From a virus: a stretch of 64,000 nt of DNA. Under the pieces are notes generated by a model. It was not told the origin of the DNA. It saw only the letters and a list, made by a program, of their open reading frames with translations, and ran no database searches. Below, piece by piece: positions 1 to 8,954 of this stretch. Each line of letters begins with the position of its first letter. The stretch's first letter is position 1. Location: positions 1 to 64,000 of the IMG/VR virus record IMGVR_UViG_3300031952_000013. The stretch is one strand, 5' to 3'. Position numbers and translations under genes: made by a program.

Positions 1-149
1 TGTCTACTAATGCTGTATCAGAGGTAGTTAAAGAACTTGTTGGAACTTTGGCTGCGGTTTCTTCTGCTTCTGGAATTCTAAAGAGAAAGAGAGAGTTGGC
101 TGGTTCTGTCTCTGCTGTAGTAGAGATAGGAGATTACTGGGATTGGTAG
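1..149 (+). CDS. 3' end of upstream virion/tail protein (partial)
   Basis: Open frame from position 3 to TAG at 147-149 (...KELVGTLAAVSSASGILKRKRELAGSVSAVVEIGDYWDW*); the same Ser/Ala/Gly repeat occurs in the next ORF. Confidence 0.6.
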   Translation, partial: STNAVSEVVKELVGTLAAVSSASGILKRKRELAGSVSAVVEIGDYWDW

Positions 150-176
150 GAAGGAAGGTATTAACTGAAGGGATAA

Positions 177-3100
177 ATGGCTACCTATTACGTTAGTCAG
201 GTCGATGGTAACGATAGTTATAATGGGTTGTACCCTACTTTTTTGGGGGGGACTGATGGTCCCTGGCTGACTATTAGTAAGGCCGATGACCTAGCTGGGG
301 ACCAGTCTGATAATTATGTTCTTTTACGTTGTGGAGGTTTGTGGCGAGAATCATATATCATTGGTTGCTATGGAACTTCTGGTCATCCATTTACACTAGG
401 TTCGTATGGGACGGGTGATCTGCCTATCATCTGTGGGTCAAATCTATTCACTTCTTGGACGAATGAATCTGGATATCTTTGGTATACTGCCGCTAATGCC
501 TGGGACTCTTATTTTGTTGCATTTAATGGAACTCCCGGCTGGAGAGAGACTGCGAAGAATGACTTAGATGCTAATATGGACTTCTGGTATGACGCAACTA
601 ATGATAGGGTTTATGTTTACTCAACTGGGGGTAATCCTAATACGGTTTGGACAAATCCGGGTGTCGAAATTGCCGTTAGGCCGAGAGCGATTTGGACTGA
701 CGATGTGTATGATAAAGACTATATCAATATAGAAAACATCAATTTATATGGAACAGGATGCTATTATGGATGGGAAGGGGCTGCACTACACGCAAAAAGA
801 TGTGACAACTGGACGGTTATTGGAGTTGAGATTGGCGTAGTTGCGGGTCAAGGAATACAAACTAACGGTTGTAAAAACTGGACGATTTTATACTGTACAC
901 TATTGGGTTGGAGAGACTGTTATCCTCAGTGGGATGCAAGTGGTATTTCTATAAACGATGATGGCGCAGGTTATGAATCAAGTTATGTTTATATTCACCA
1001 TAACACCATAAATTATTGGCAGAACTGCGCTATTATGATTACTTCATGGGACCATGAATCCCCCTCTACTTATTGCGAGGTTTCCTACAACGATTGTAGT
1101 CATACGTCCAGTGGGGTTTATTTAATAAAAGCAGACCATTGTTCGGTTCACCATAACATCTGCAACGATAATCTTCAGGCGAGAATTTACGGGGAAGAAT
1201 ATGGCCTTGCCCTAGAGACTGGGAACTATAATGAGTTTCATCACAATAGTTGCACGAACGGGATGGTTGGGACGGAGTTTTGGGGTTACGTGACGGGTGA
1301 ACCGTGGCCCGCTTCGGGGACGATAAACAATAACCTATACCATCACAATATCGTTTCGGGGAACGTCATGTTCGGATTTTTAATATACGAAGGATGCTCC
1401 AGTAACAGTCAGATTTACGACAACATAATTTTCAATAATGGACAGGGCGGCATAACCATAAGCGAACACGATGCTACTGGGACAGGGAACCTGGTTTATA
1501 ATAATACTCTTTATCATAACGACACCGACGCGAATCAGTGGTATGCTGATATTTACTTTGGTAATACCTGTGCTGGATGGACCGTCCGAAACAACCTTTG
1601 CTTCAACACAAATAGGTTGTGCTTCCGTGGGGGCGTTACCTTTGGCGGAACACACGACCACAACTGTTATTATAGGGCATCTGGGAATGTTATTAAGGAT
1701 GGTGCTACTTACTATACACTCGCTCAGGTTACGAATTTTGAGGCTACGGCGATAGCGGCAGACCCTGAGCTTGCCAATGCCGGAGGAACAAGTGCTGAAG
1801 ATTACAAGATTCTTTCATCTTCACCTTGCAGAGATACTGGTACAGCTTCCGGGTTGACGTTGACCCTAGATTATTTCGAAAACACGATTCCCTATGGTGT
1901 GGGTCCCGACATCGGAGCGCATGAGTATACGGGTGGAGAGGAGAAGACGGTTCCTCTGAGAGTCACAAGGGAAATAGCTGGAACTTCAACTGCTATTTCT
2001 TCTGTATCAGGTATTGTTAAAAGGAAAAAGAGAATTTCAGGGACTTCGGCTGCTGTTTCTTCTGTGTTGGGGGTTGTTGGTAAAATAGGAGGGGCAGGAG
2101 TAAGCGGTGGAGAGACAAGGGGAATTGATACTTGGGCGCAATTGATAAGACTTCCTAATCCTAACATTAAGATTTTGTGTGAGGCTCTTCCTGCGGCCTA
2201 CTATGTTTGTGGAAGTGGTTGGACTTCTGAGGGTAGTGATACTTATTCTCATGCTTGTGTAGAAACCGGGGTTACAAGTGTGGCCTATAATGGGGTTTCA
2301 CTTACTATAAAAGTTAGCGTTGCTGAGGTTAAGGCTGCTGACGGTAGCTGGTATTTCGATTTCTATGGTCAGATGATTTACGTTCATGGACCTAGCGATG
2401 AAAACCTATCTAGTGGAAGTAATACAGATGTTGTTATGGCTTTTTGCCGTAAGGATTTTGCTACAGCGCCTTATTATTATGGGAATAGAGAGTATCGTCC
2501 TCTTATCCGACAGGATAGTTTTCCGGCTATGGATTTGGCTGTTGATGATATTGTCGAGGGGATGTATCGGTTTAACTTTAGTAGTTTTTCATTGAACAAT
2601 GACGGGTGGTTTGATACTGCGGTGGAAGAATATATTTGGACTAATCGGGTTGTGGTTATCAAGATTGGAGGAGAGGCTCTTCCGTATTCTGAGTATCAGA
2701 CATTCTTTGTGGGTAGAATTTCCGACTTCTCTGTTTCAGATGAATTGGTGGTGTTTACTTTGAAGGATATGCGTGTGGGTAGTTTAGCCCAGATTCCCAT
2801 AGACCATTATTGGATTACTGATTACCCTAACATGGACCCCGATGATGAGGATAAGGCAATCCCTCTTTTTTATGGGGTAAAATCTGACATAACTCCGATT
2901 TGTATTGATACTACGGCAGGAACAGGGGGAAAGTGGAAGATTTGCGATAGTCGGCCAATTAAAGAGATTACCGAGGTTAAGAAGAACAAGAAAGTTTTGA
3001 CTCCCACTACGCAATATACGGTAGATTTGACTAAAGGAGAGTTTACCCTTTTGGTTCCTTTTCATAAAGATAAGGGTCATGTTTTGAAGGTCAAGGCAAA

Positions 3101-4589
3101 AGGGTTTGTTGCTGGGTCTAATAATCTTATAGAAAAGGGCGGAGCGATAGCTAAAGATATTTTAAAAACTTATCTGGGTTGGACGGATGATGAACTTGAC
3201 TTAGATTCTTTTACTAACACAGATTCTTTACGGACATACTTATTAGACATCTATCTGGATACTGATGAGGACTCCAGGCAAGTTCTTCAAACGATAGGTA
3301 GGAGTGTTGTTGCTTTCTTCTCTCCCACAGAGAATGGGAAGTTGTCGTTTATGGCTTATGAACCTACAATTGAAGCTGGAACTCTTGAGTTATTTGATGA
3401 AGATTTCTATGCAGATTGGAAGGTTATAAAAGACGATTCATGGATTAGGCATAAGGTTCAAGTAAGTTATGGTCAGAATCCCACGACGGATGAATACTTG
3501 ATTGTTGAAGTAACTAATGATGAGGCTTTATTTAAGTATGGGCTTAGAGAAACTCTGTCTATTGTTACATATCTAAGAAGTGAATCGGATGCGACTAATG
3601 TGGCTGGTGGGGTTTTGGATATGGTGTCCAAACCTATTACTGTTTTTTCTTCTACCTTTGGGTTGAAAGGTTTTACTTTATTCCCGACGCGGAAGGTGGT
3701 GGTTACTCGGTCTAGAGCGGCGGATGCTACGGGGGAATTTGACGCTAAGGTTTTTAGAATTAAACAGGTTGTAAAGAATCCAACGACGGAGACAACTCAG
3801 GTTATTGGACAGGATGATCTTCAGACTCTTGGGGAAATTTTCTGTTACGTCTGCTATAGCTGTCAGACTTGTTATGCTCAGGAGGTATCCTGTTCGGTAT
3901 GCTATGCCTGTCAGATTTGTAATGCTACGCAGGAAGGTTGTTTGACTTGTGATACGTGTGAACTGTGCGTGACTACGGAGGGTGGTTGTCAGACTTGTGA
4001 TGTTTGTGAGGTTTGCAATACTTGTCAGTCATCGGTAGGGGAGTGTGCCACCTGTCAGATTTGTAATGTCTGTGCGGTTTGTAATATCTGTCAGTCAAAT
4101 GTCACAACTTGTGTGACCTGTCAGGTATGTAATGCCTGTGTATACTGTAACGTCTGTCAGATTAATGTGACTTCATGTACTTCGTGTGAACTGTGCAATA
4201 CGTGTGATTCCTGTAATACCTGTCAGGTTTCGGTTAAGACGTGCTTGACTTGTCAGGCGTGTTATGGTTGTCAAACGGTTTATTCACCCTGTCCTGGGGC
4301 TTGTGATATTTGTAATGTTTGTGATTCCTGCGATACCTGTCAGTTGGGGGTTAAGACTTGCACCACTTGTCAGGTATGCGATACTTGTGAGCATTGGTAT
4401 ACTTGTTATTCGTGTCAGACTTGTCAATTATGCTATTCGGCTCAACACCCTTCGGGATGCGCGGTATGCAATACTTGTCAATATTGTGTGGCAGCTCAGG
4501 ATTGTACTTCTTGTGATGTGTGCAACGTCTGTCAGGGGTCTTGTTATATTTGTGAAATATGTGTGAGTTACCAAGGTGGTCCACCGTGA
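177..4589 (+). CDS. Large tail/receptor-binding protein: N-terminal parallel beta-helix, central tail-hub-like region, C-terminal (Cxx)n Cys array
   Basis: Asn-rich beta-helix repeats (HHNTI, HHNIC, YDNIIFNNG, YNNTLYHN) ending in DP..L...DYKILSSSPCRDTG...PDIGAHEY; tail-like middle (FVGRISDF, IPLFYG); about 64 Cys from residue 1223 onward; tail-gene context. Confidence 0.75.
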   Translation: MATYYVSQVDGNDSYNGLYPTFLGGTDGPWLTISKADDLAGDQSDNYVLLRCGGLWRESYIIGCYGTSGHPFTLGSYGTGDLPIICGSNLFTSWTNESGYLWYTAANAWDSYFVAFNGTPGWRETAKNDLDANMDFWYDATNDRVYVYSTGGNPNTVWTNPGVEIAVRPRAIWTDDVYDKDYINIENINLYGTGCYYGWEGAALHAKRCDNWTVIGVEIGVVAGQGIQTNGCKNWTILYCTLLGWRDCYPQWDASGISINDDGAGYESSYVYIHHNTINYWQNCAIMITSWDHESPSTYCEVSYNDCSHTSSGVYLIKADHCSVHHNICNDNLQARIYGEEYGLALETGNYNEFHHNSCTNGMVGTEFWGYVTGEPWPASGTINNNLYHHNIVSGNVMFGFLIYEGCSSNSQIYDNIIFNNGQGGITISEHDATGTGNLVYNNTLYHNDTDANQWYADIYFGNTCAGWTVRNNLCFNTNRLCFRGGVTFGGTHDHNCYYRASGNVIKDGATYYTLAQVTNFEATAIAADPELANAGGTSAEDYKILSSSPCRDTGTASGLTLTLDYFENTIPYGVGPDIGAHEYTGGEEKTVPLRVTREIAGTSTAISSVSGIVKRKKRISGTSAAVSSVLGVVGKIGGAGVSGGETRGIDTWAQLIRLPNPNIKILCEALPAAYYVCGSGWTSEGSDTYSHACVETGVTSVAYNGVSLTIKVSVAEVKAADGSWYFDFYGQMIYVHGPSDENLSSGSNTDVVMAFCRKDFATAPYYYGNREYRPLIRQDSFPAMDLAVDDIVEGMYRFNFSSFSLNNDGWFDTAVEEYIWTNRVVVIKIGGEALPYSEYQTFFVGRISDFSVSDELVVFTLKDMRVGSLAQIPIDHYWITDYPNMDPDDEDKAIPLFYGVKSDITPICIDTTAGTGGKWKICDSRPIKEITEVKKNKKVLTPTTQYTVDLTKGEFTLLVPFHKDKGHVLKVKAKGFVAGSNNLIEKGGAIAKDILKTYLGWTDDELDLDSFTNTDSLRTYLLDIYLDTDEDSRQVLQTIGRSVVAFFSPTENGKLSFMAYEPTIEAGTLELFDEDFYADWKVIKDDSWIRHKVQVSYGQNPTTDEYLIVEVTNDEALFKYGLRETLSIVTYLRSESDATNVAGGVLDMVSKPITVFSSTFGLKGFTLFPTRKVVVTRSRAADATGEFDAKVFRIKQVVKNPTTETTQVIGQDDLQTLGEIFCYVCYSCQTCYAQEVSCSVCYACQICNATQEGCLTCDTCELCVTTEGGCQTCDVCEVCNTCQSSVGECATCQICNVCAVCNICQSNVTTCVTCQVCNACVYCNVCQINVTSCTSCELCNTCDSCNTCQVSVKTCLTCQACYGCQTVYSPCPGACDICNVCDSCDTCQLGVKTCTTCQVCDTCEHWYTCYSCQTCQLCYSAQHPSGCAVCNTCQYCVAAQDCTSCDVCNVCQGSCYICEICVSYQGGPP

Positions 4590-4603
4590 GTTAGGAGAAG
4601 GCT

Positions 4604-5347
4604 GTGGCTTGCGCGACTTGTGAATTTTGTGATACTTGTCAGGCTTGTAATACGTCGCAGTGTGCTGCTTGTCAGGTTTGCGATACCTGCCAGCAAGGTG
4701 TAGGGTCATGTCAGACTTGTCAGGCGTGTAATACTTGTGAGATGAGTGTGGCTAGTTGCCAAACCTGTCAGGTGTGTGTGGGTTGTCAGATATGTGTTTC
4801 AACAGAGTCTGGATGTTATTTGTGCTATGCTTGTGCGACATGTAACACTTGTCAAAGCTGTGACACGGCTCAGAGTGGTTGTGTGGTATGTGACACCTGT
4901 CAGATGTGCGTGGGGTGTCAAAGTTGTGTTACTGCTCAGTCTGGTTGTGTGATATGTAACACCTGTCAGGTATGTGATGTCTGTCAAAATTGCTATGCGT
5001 CGGAGGGAGGTTGTCAGGTTTGCAATACCTGTCAGGCTTGTGTTTCTTCTCAGGTGTGTGGTAGTTGTGAGACTTGTCAGGTATGCGATGTCTGTCAAAG
5101 TTGCTACACATGGCAGGGAGGCTGTCAGGTTTGTGCTACTTGCGACTCCTGCTATACGAAACAGGAGTGCAGTACCTGTAATGTTTGTAATACCTGTCAG
5201 ATTAGGGTTAGCTGTGTATCATGTGACACCTGCCAGAACTGTAACACCTGTCAGGTTGCGGTTACCTGTACGTCTTGTAATACTTGTCAGCATTGTTATG
5301 CTACTTGCTATTCTTGTGTAAATTGTCAGGTTCATTATGTCCCATAA
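4604..5347 (+). CDS. Stand-alone (Cxx)n cysteine-array protein, candidate radical SAM target or fibre partner
   Basis: GTG start after AGGAGA; about 66 Cys in 247 aa, in 14 blocks of Cys every third residue; directly upstream of the rSAM/SPASM gene. Confidence 0.85.
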   Translation: MACATCEFCDTCQACNTSQCAACQVCDTCQQGVGSCQTCQACNTCEMSVASCQTCQVCVGCQICVSTESGCYLCYACATCNTCQSCDTAQSGCVVCDTCQMCVGCQSCVTAQSGCVICNTCQVCDVCQNCYASEGGCQVCNTCQACVSSQVCGSCETCQVCDVCQSCYTWQGGCQVCATCDSCYTKQECSTCNVCNTCQIRVSCVSCDTCQNCNTCQVAVTCTSCNTCQHCYATCYSCVNCQVHYVP

Positions 5348-5375
5348 CTCGGTATACTTTATATAGGAGGTTTTT

Positions 5376-6908
5376 ATGGATAAAGAGGAGAGGGCTAAAC
5401 TTTGTAGAACGTGTTATTTCTGCCAGCAGGGGGTAGATAAAACACTCTCTGTGGATGATGAGATGTCCCGCTGTCAGAATTGCTACACCTGTGAGCAGGG
5501 GGTGGACAAGTCGGTTACGGCTAGGGATTTGCAGCAGGGGAAGAAGATTGATGGTGTTCTATCATCAGAGGAAGAAGCTAAACGTTGCTGCAATTGCTAT
5601 ACCTGTCAGCAGGATGTATCTGCATCATTTACGGTTAAGACTATTGGTCAGGTATTACAGGAATCAAATGTGGGGATTCCTGATAGGGCTAGTATTTGTC
5701 AGAATTGTTACTCGTGTCAGCAAGGGATAGATAAGTCGGTGAATGTTGATAATATGGGGAAGGGAGCAGCTACAGGTCAGAGCGGAGGATTTACTTGGTT
5801 TGTTTTTCCTACCAATATGTGCAACCTAAAATGCACGTATTGTTATGCGAATAACCAGCCAGGGAAGATGACCAAGGAAACAGCTGAGAAAGTGTTGAAT
5901 TGGTTGTTTGTAAAACAGCCCGATAAGACGATTCTGGTTCATTTCTTCGGTGGAGAACCGACCTATAATTGGGAGATTCTTGAGTTCATTGTGGAGGTGG
6001 GTAATCAAACAGCAAAGAGCAGGGGGGTAGAGGTTTCGTGGTCTATGACTACCAATGGTACGATGCTGGATACTGCTCGCCTTGATTGGATTGAGGCAAA
6101 GTTTAAGAAAGAGGGACCGTTTCTTTTGAGCATTGATGGTAGGCCTGAGACTCACGATAAGTATAGAATTCACGCTAATGGTCTGGGGTCGTATAGAGAT
6201 ATTCCTATTGATGAGATTATAAAGAGATGGCCTAAACTTGAATGTCGTCCGACGATTGAACCGGATACGGCAAAGAATTGGATTTATGATTACCGGTGGT
6301 TGAGGAATAAAGGATTTAAAAATATCGCAATTGAGCCGGATTACGAGACAGAATGGACGGATGTTCAGTTGTGGGATTATGAGAAGATGTTGGTAGCACT
6401 TGGTCATTACTACATCCTGGCTAAGGCTGCTAATCAGCCGATTTACATGAAGTGGATAGACGGGGTGAGGAGCAGCCTTTCTTCTGGGGTTGCTCCTGGG
6501 GGGACAATGTGTGGGACGGCTATCAACTGTGCGGCTATTGACCATCTTGGTTTTATCTATCCTTGTCAGAGGTATGCTAGTTATAGTGACCCTGCGACGT
6601 ATGCGATTGGAGATGTTGAGAAGGGATGGGATGAGTTGAAGTTGTTGGAGACTCAAAGGCTGATGAGGAGTGATGTTTGTGGGGATGTTTTAATGGGCAA
6701 TAATTGTGAGAAGTGCAGTGCGAGGTTGTTCTGCTTTAAGGGATGTAATGCAGCTAACCGAAAGATTATGGGGAGCAGGGAAATTGCTCTTCCTTTTTAT
6801 TGTGAACTGACTCGGATAGATGTTCGTGTGGCGTTGGCTGTTCTGGGTCAGTTAGGAGAATTAGGCTTGCGTCAAGGAGCGGGAAAGATAAGAGGATGCG
6901 AGCGTTAA
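5376..6908 (+). CDS. Radical SAM/SPASM-domain maturase with four N-terminal CxxCYxCQQ repeats
   Basis: CNLKCTYC cluster motif, FFGGEP, TTNGT, SIDG; SPASM motifs CGTA...GFIYPC and CEKC...CFKGC...YC; AGGAGG RBS. Confidence 0.92.
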   Translation: MDKEERAKLCRTCYFCQQGVDKTLSVDDEMSRCQNCYTCEQGVDKSVTARDLQQGKKIDGVLSSEEEAKRCCNCYTCQQDVSASFTVKTIGQVLQESNVGIPDRASICQNCYSCQQGIDKSVNVDNMGKGAATGQSGGFTWFVFPTNMCNLKCTYCYANNQPGKMTKETAEKVLNWLFVKQPDKTILVHFFGGEPTYNWEILEFIVEVGNQTAKSRGVEVSWSMTTNGTMLDTARLDWIEAKFKKEGPFLLSIDGRPETHDKYRIHANGLGSYRDIPIDEIIKRWPKLECRPTIEPDTAKNWIYDYRWLRNKGFKNIAIEPDYETEWTDVQLWDYEKMLVALGHYYILAKAANQPIYMKWIDGVRSSLSSGVAPGGTMCGTAINCAAIDHLGFIYPCQRYASYSDPATYAIGDVEKGWDELKLLETQRLMRSDVCGDVLMGNNCEKCSARLFCFKGCNAANRKIMGSREIALPFYCELTRIDVRVALAVLGQLGELGLRQGAGKIRGCER

Positions 6909-6911
6909 TGA

Positions 6912-7742
6912 ATGGGTAAAGCTAGACAGTTTGGTACGGAATCGGCTTTACAAAAGCACACGGCTCAAATTATCACAATCGCCCACCAGGGTGAGGTCTA
7001 TTTCTATATCAAAGATGAGTATATTGACGTTTCGGTTGGTGTAGCGGATGCAGGTAAGCCTATAGTTTTAGATGCTGCGGGGTTGATTGACCCTTCTATG
7101 TTACCGGCTGCTGACCACGGGGGATTGACTGGACGCGATGATGATGACCACACACAATACCTGAAAGAGGAAGCCTCAGGGGGAGCGGCATCTGAGGTTC
7201 CTGACCATACTCATCAAAGTACAGCTGAGTGTGGTAAACTTGACCACGGTTTATCTATTGATGGGTTAGCTGATGACGATCATCCGCAATACTTTCTTGC
7301 CTCAAAAATGGGGATAATGGGTGTTGTATCGGATGTTACTAACTCTACCCAAACACCAGCGAATGTTACGGGTTTATCTTTTGCTGTGGAAGCCAATAAG
7401 ATTTATCATTTTGAGTTTTCACTTAGAGGATGGAGCACAGCGGCGACTTGTGCGCCCTGGTTCCGGTTTACGGGTCCTGGTAGCCCGACATCATTCTGGT
7501 TTCACCTGGATATGCTAGAAGTTGGTACTGCGTATCCTATTGACCGTGAGGTGACGGCTTTCGATACTAATACTGCTTCGGAGTCATTCCAACGCGCTAC
7601 TCGGAGCTTCATACCGATAGTGGGATTCTTGGTGAATGGGGCGAATGCTGGAACTGTACAGTTGCAGTTTAGATGTGAAGACGCCTCAGAAACGGTGACT
7701 ATATATGCTGGCTCACACGGAATTTGGTATAAATTGAATTAG
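6912..7742 (+). CDS. Probable tail-fibre/virion accessory protein
   Basis: Repeats DHGGLTGRDDDDHTQY and DHGLSIDGLADDDHPQY; C-terminal beta-sandwich-like region (VTGLSFAVEANKIYHFEF...GTVQLQF). Confidence 0.6.
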   Translation: MGKARQFGTESALQKHTAQIITIAHQGEVYFYIKDEYIDVSVGVADAGKPIVLDAAGLIDPSMLPAADHGGLTGRDDDDHTQYLKEEASGGAASEVPDHTHQSTAECGKLDHGLSIDGLADDDHPQYFLASKMGIMGVVSDVTNSTQTPANVTGLSFAVEANKIYHFEFSLRGWSTAATCAPWFRFTGPGSPTSFWFHLDMLEVGTAYPIDREVTAFDTNTASESFQRATRSFIPIVGFLVNGANAGTVQLQFRCEDASETVTIYAGSHGIWYKLN

Positions 7743-7757
7743 GAGGATACAGAGATA

Positions 7758-8954
7758 ATGGTTAAATGTGTTGATTGGAGGCTTTCCTATTCGGCAACAG
7801 AGACAAGGGAAGAGGCTCTTATTAGAATATATGAGTCTTCTGAGGTGTGGCTTAAACGTCCAGATGGTCGTCGGGGGTATGTTGACGGGTTTCTTAGTAT
7901 TTTGGCTAAGAAGTTTGGTGTTACACCAATGGCAATTAATAAGAAATTGGGGAGGCTGAGAAAGCAGGGGAGAATAGGGTGGTGTAGGGAAAAAACATGG
8001 GGTGAATTACCGGCTCCAGGTTTTACTCCTCTTGTAACAGATGATAAAAAGATTCCTGATGATGGCTGTACGGAAGAGTTCCTTGATTTGGTGATTTCTG
8101 GGGCTAAGGCGATGCATAAACGGGATGTTCGTCAAGAAGAAGTGTTCCCGAAGTACGAGAACTATGGATGGACTGGTCTTGTGATAGGTGGAGACTGGCA
8201 TTTTGAACACTATAAGACAGATACAAAGACTTTGGTTAGCGACCTAAAGCTGATAGGTCAGGAACCGAATTTGCTGTTTGGATTTAATGGTGATTCGGTG
8301 GATGTTATTGACTTGAGATTTCTTGAATTGGAGAACGAGACTGTTTCTATTCCTACACGAAGGCTTTATGAGATAGTGGAGTATCTGTTTAGTCTAGTTC
8401 CGAACACTCTATTTATGGTTATGGGTTGTCACGACAACTGGGTTCGTACTAGAGCTAGATGGGATATCATGGAAGCGCTACAGAGCAAGATTCCTGGCTA
8501 CTATCTGGGGTTTGGTGGGACTGTTAACTTGAAATTGGGCGATGTGCCATATAGGATTGTGGCGTATCACAAATATGGTAATGAAGCAAAGCATAATATC
8601 TTTCACCCCTGTTCTAATTATTTAAACCAGATGGATTCTACTGCGGATGTGGTAGCTATTGCTCATCGGCATGACCTTGTGGGTGTGGCTCATGTTTATG
8701 TTCAAGGGCAGCCCAGAGTGTTCTTACGTAGTGGGTCTCATCAATATAAGACTGAGTATGCTTGGAAAGAAGGATTCCGTGGAGCTATAGCGAGATGGCC
8801 AATGCTTTTACTCTCAGGTAAGTATAAGCGTATGATTCCGGTCACGAATTTTCGTGAAGGGCTGCCTATTTTGAGGATGCTGAATAAGTATCCTGAGTTT
8901 GAGAAGGAACTTTTGAAAGCTGGAGACGGTGGTAGTGTGAGGATTGAAAGATGA
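7758..8954 (+). CDS. Calcineurin-like metallophosphoesterase with N-terminal HTH-like region
   Basis: GDWH, NGD, GCHD (GNHD-like), H and AHRH motifs. Confidence 0.75.
   Translation: MVKCVDWRLSYSATETREEALIRIYESSEVWLKRPDGRRGYVDGFLSILAKKFGVTPMAINKKLGRLRKQGRIGWCREKTWGELPAPGFTPLVTDDKKIPDDGCTEEFLDLVISGAKAMHKRDVRQEEVFPKYENYGWTGLVIGGDWHFEHYKTDTKTLVSDLKLIGQEPNLLFGFNGDSVDVIDLRFLELENETVSIPTRRLYEIVEYLFSLVPNTLFMVMGCHDNWVRTRARWDIMEALQSKIPGYYLGFGGTVNLKLGDVPYRIVAYHKYGNEAKHNIFHPCSNYLNQMDSTADVVAIAHRHDLVGVAHVYVQGQPRVFLRSGSHQYKTEYAWKEGFRGAIARWPMLLLSGKYKRMIPVTNFREGLPILRMLNKYPEFEKELLKAGDGGSVRIER

Noticed and set aside
3843-5347. Multiheme cytochrome c or ferredoxin interpretation of the Cys arrays
   Set aside because: No CxxCH motifs and no CxxCxxCxxxCP ferredoxin signature; the pattern is uninterrupted (Cxx)n blocks
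3843-5347. DGR template/variable repeat pair or CRISPR array (recurring ACTTGTCAG/ACCTGTCAG)
   Set aside because: The DNA repeats follow from Thr-Cys-Gln codons; no adenine-specific mismatch pair, constant repeat-spacer structure or reverse transcriptase was seen
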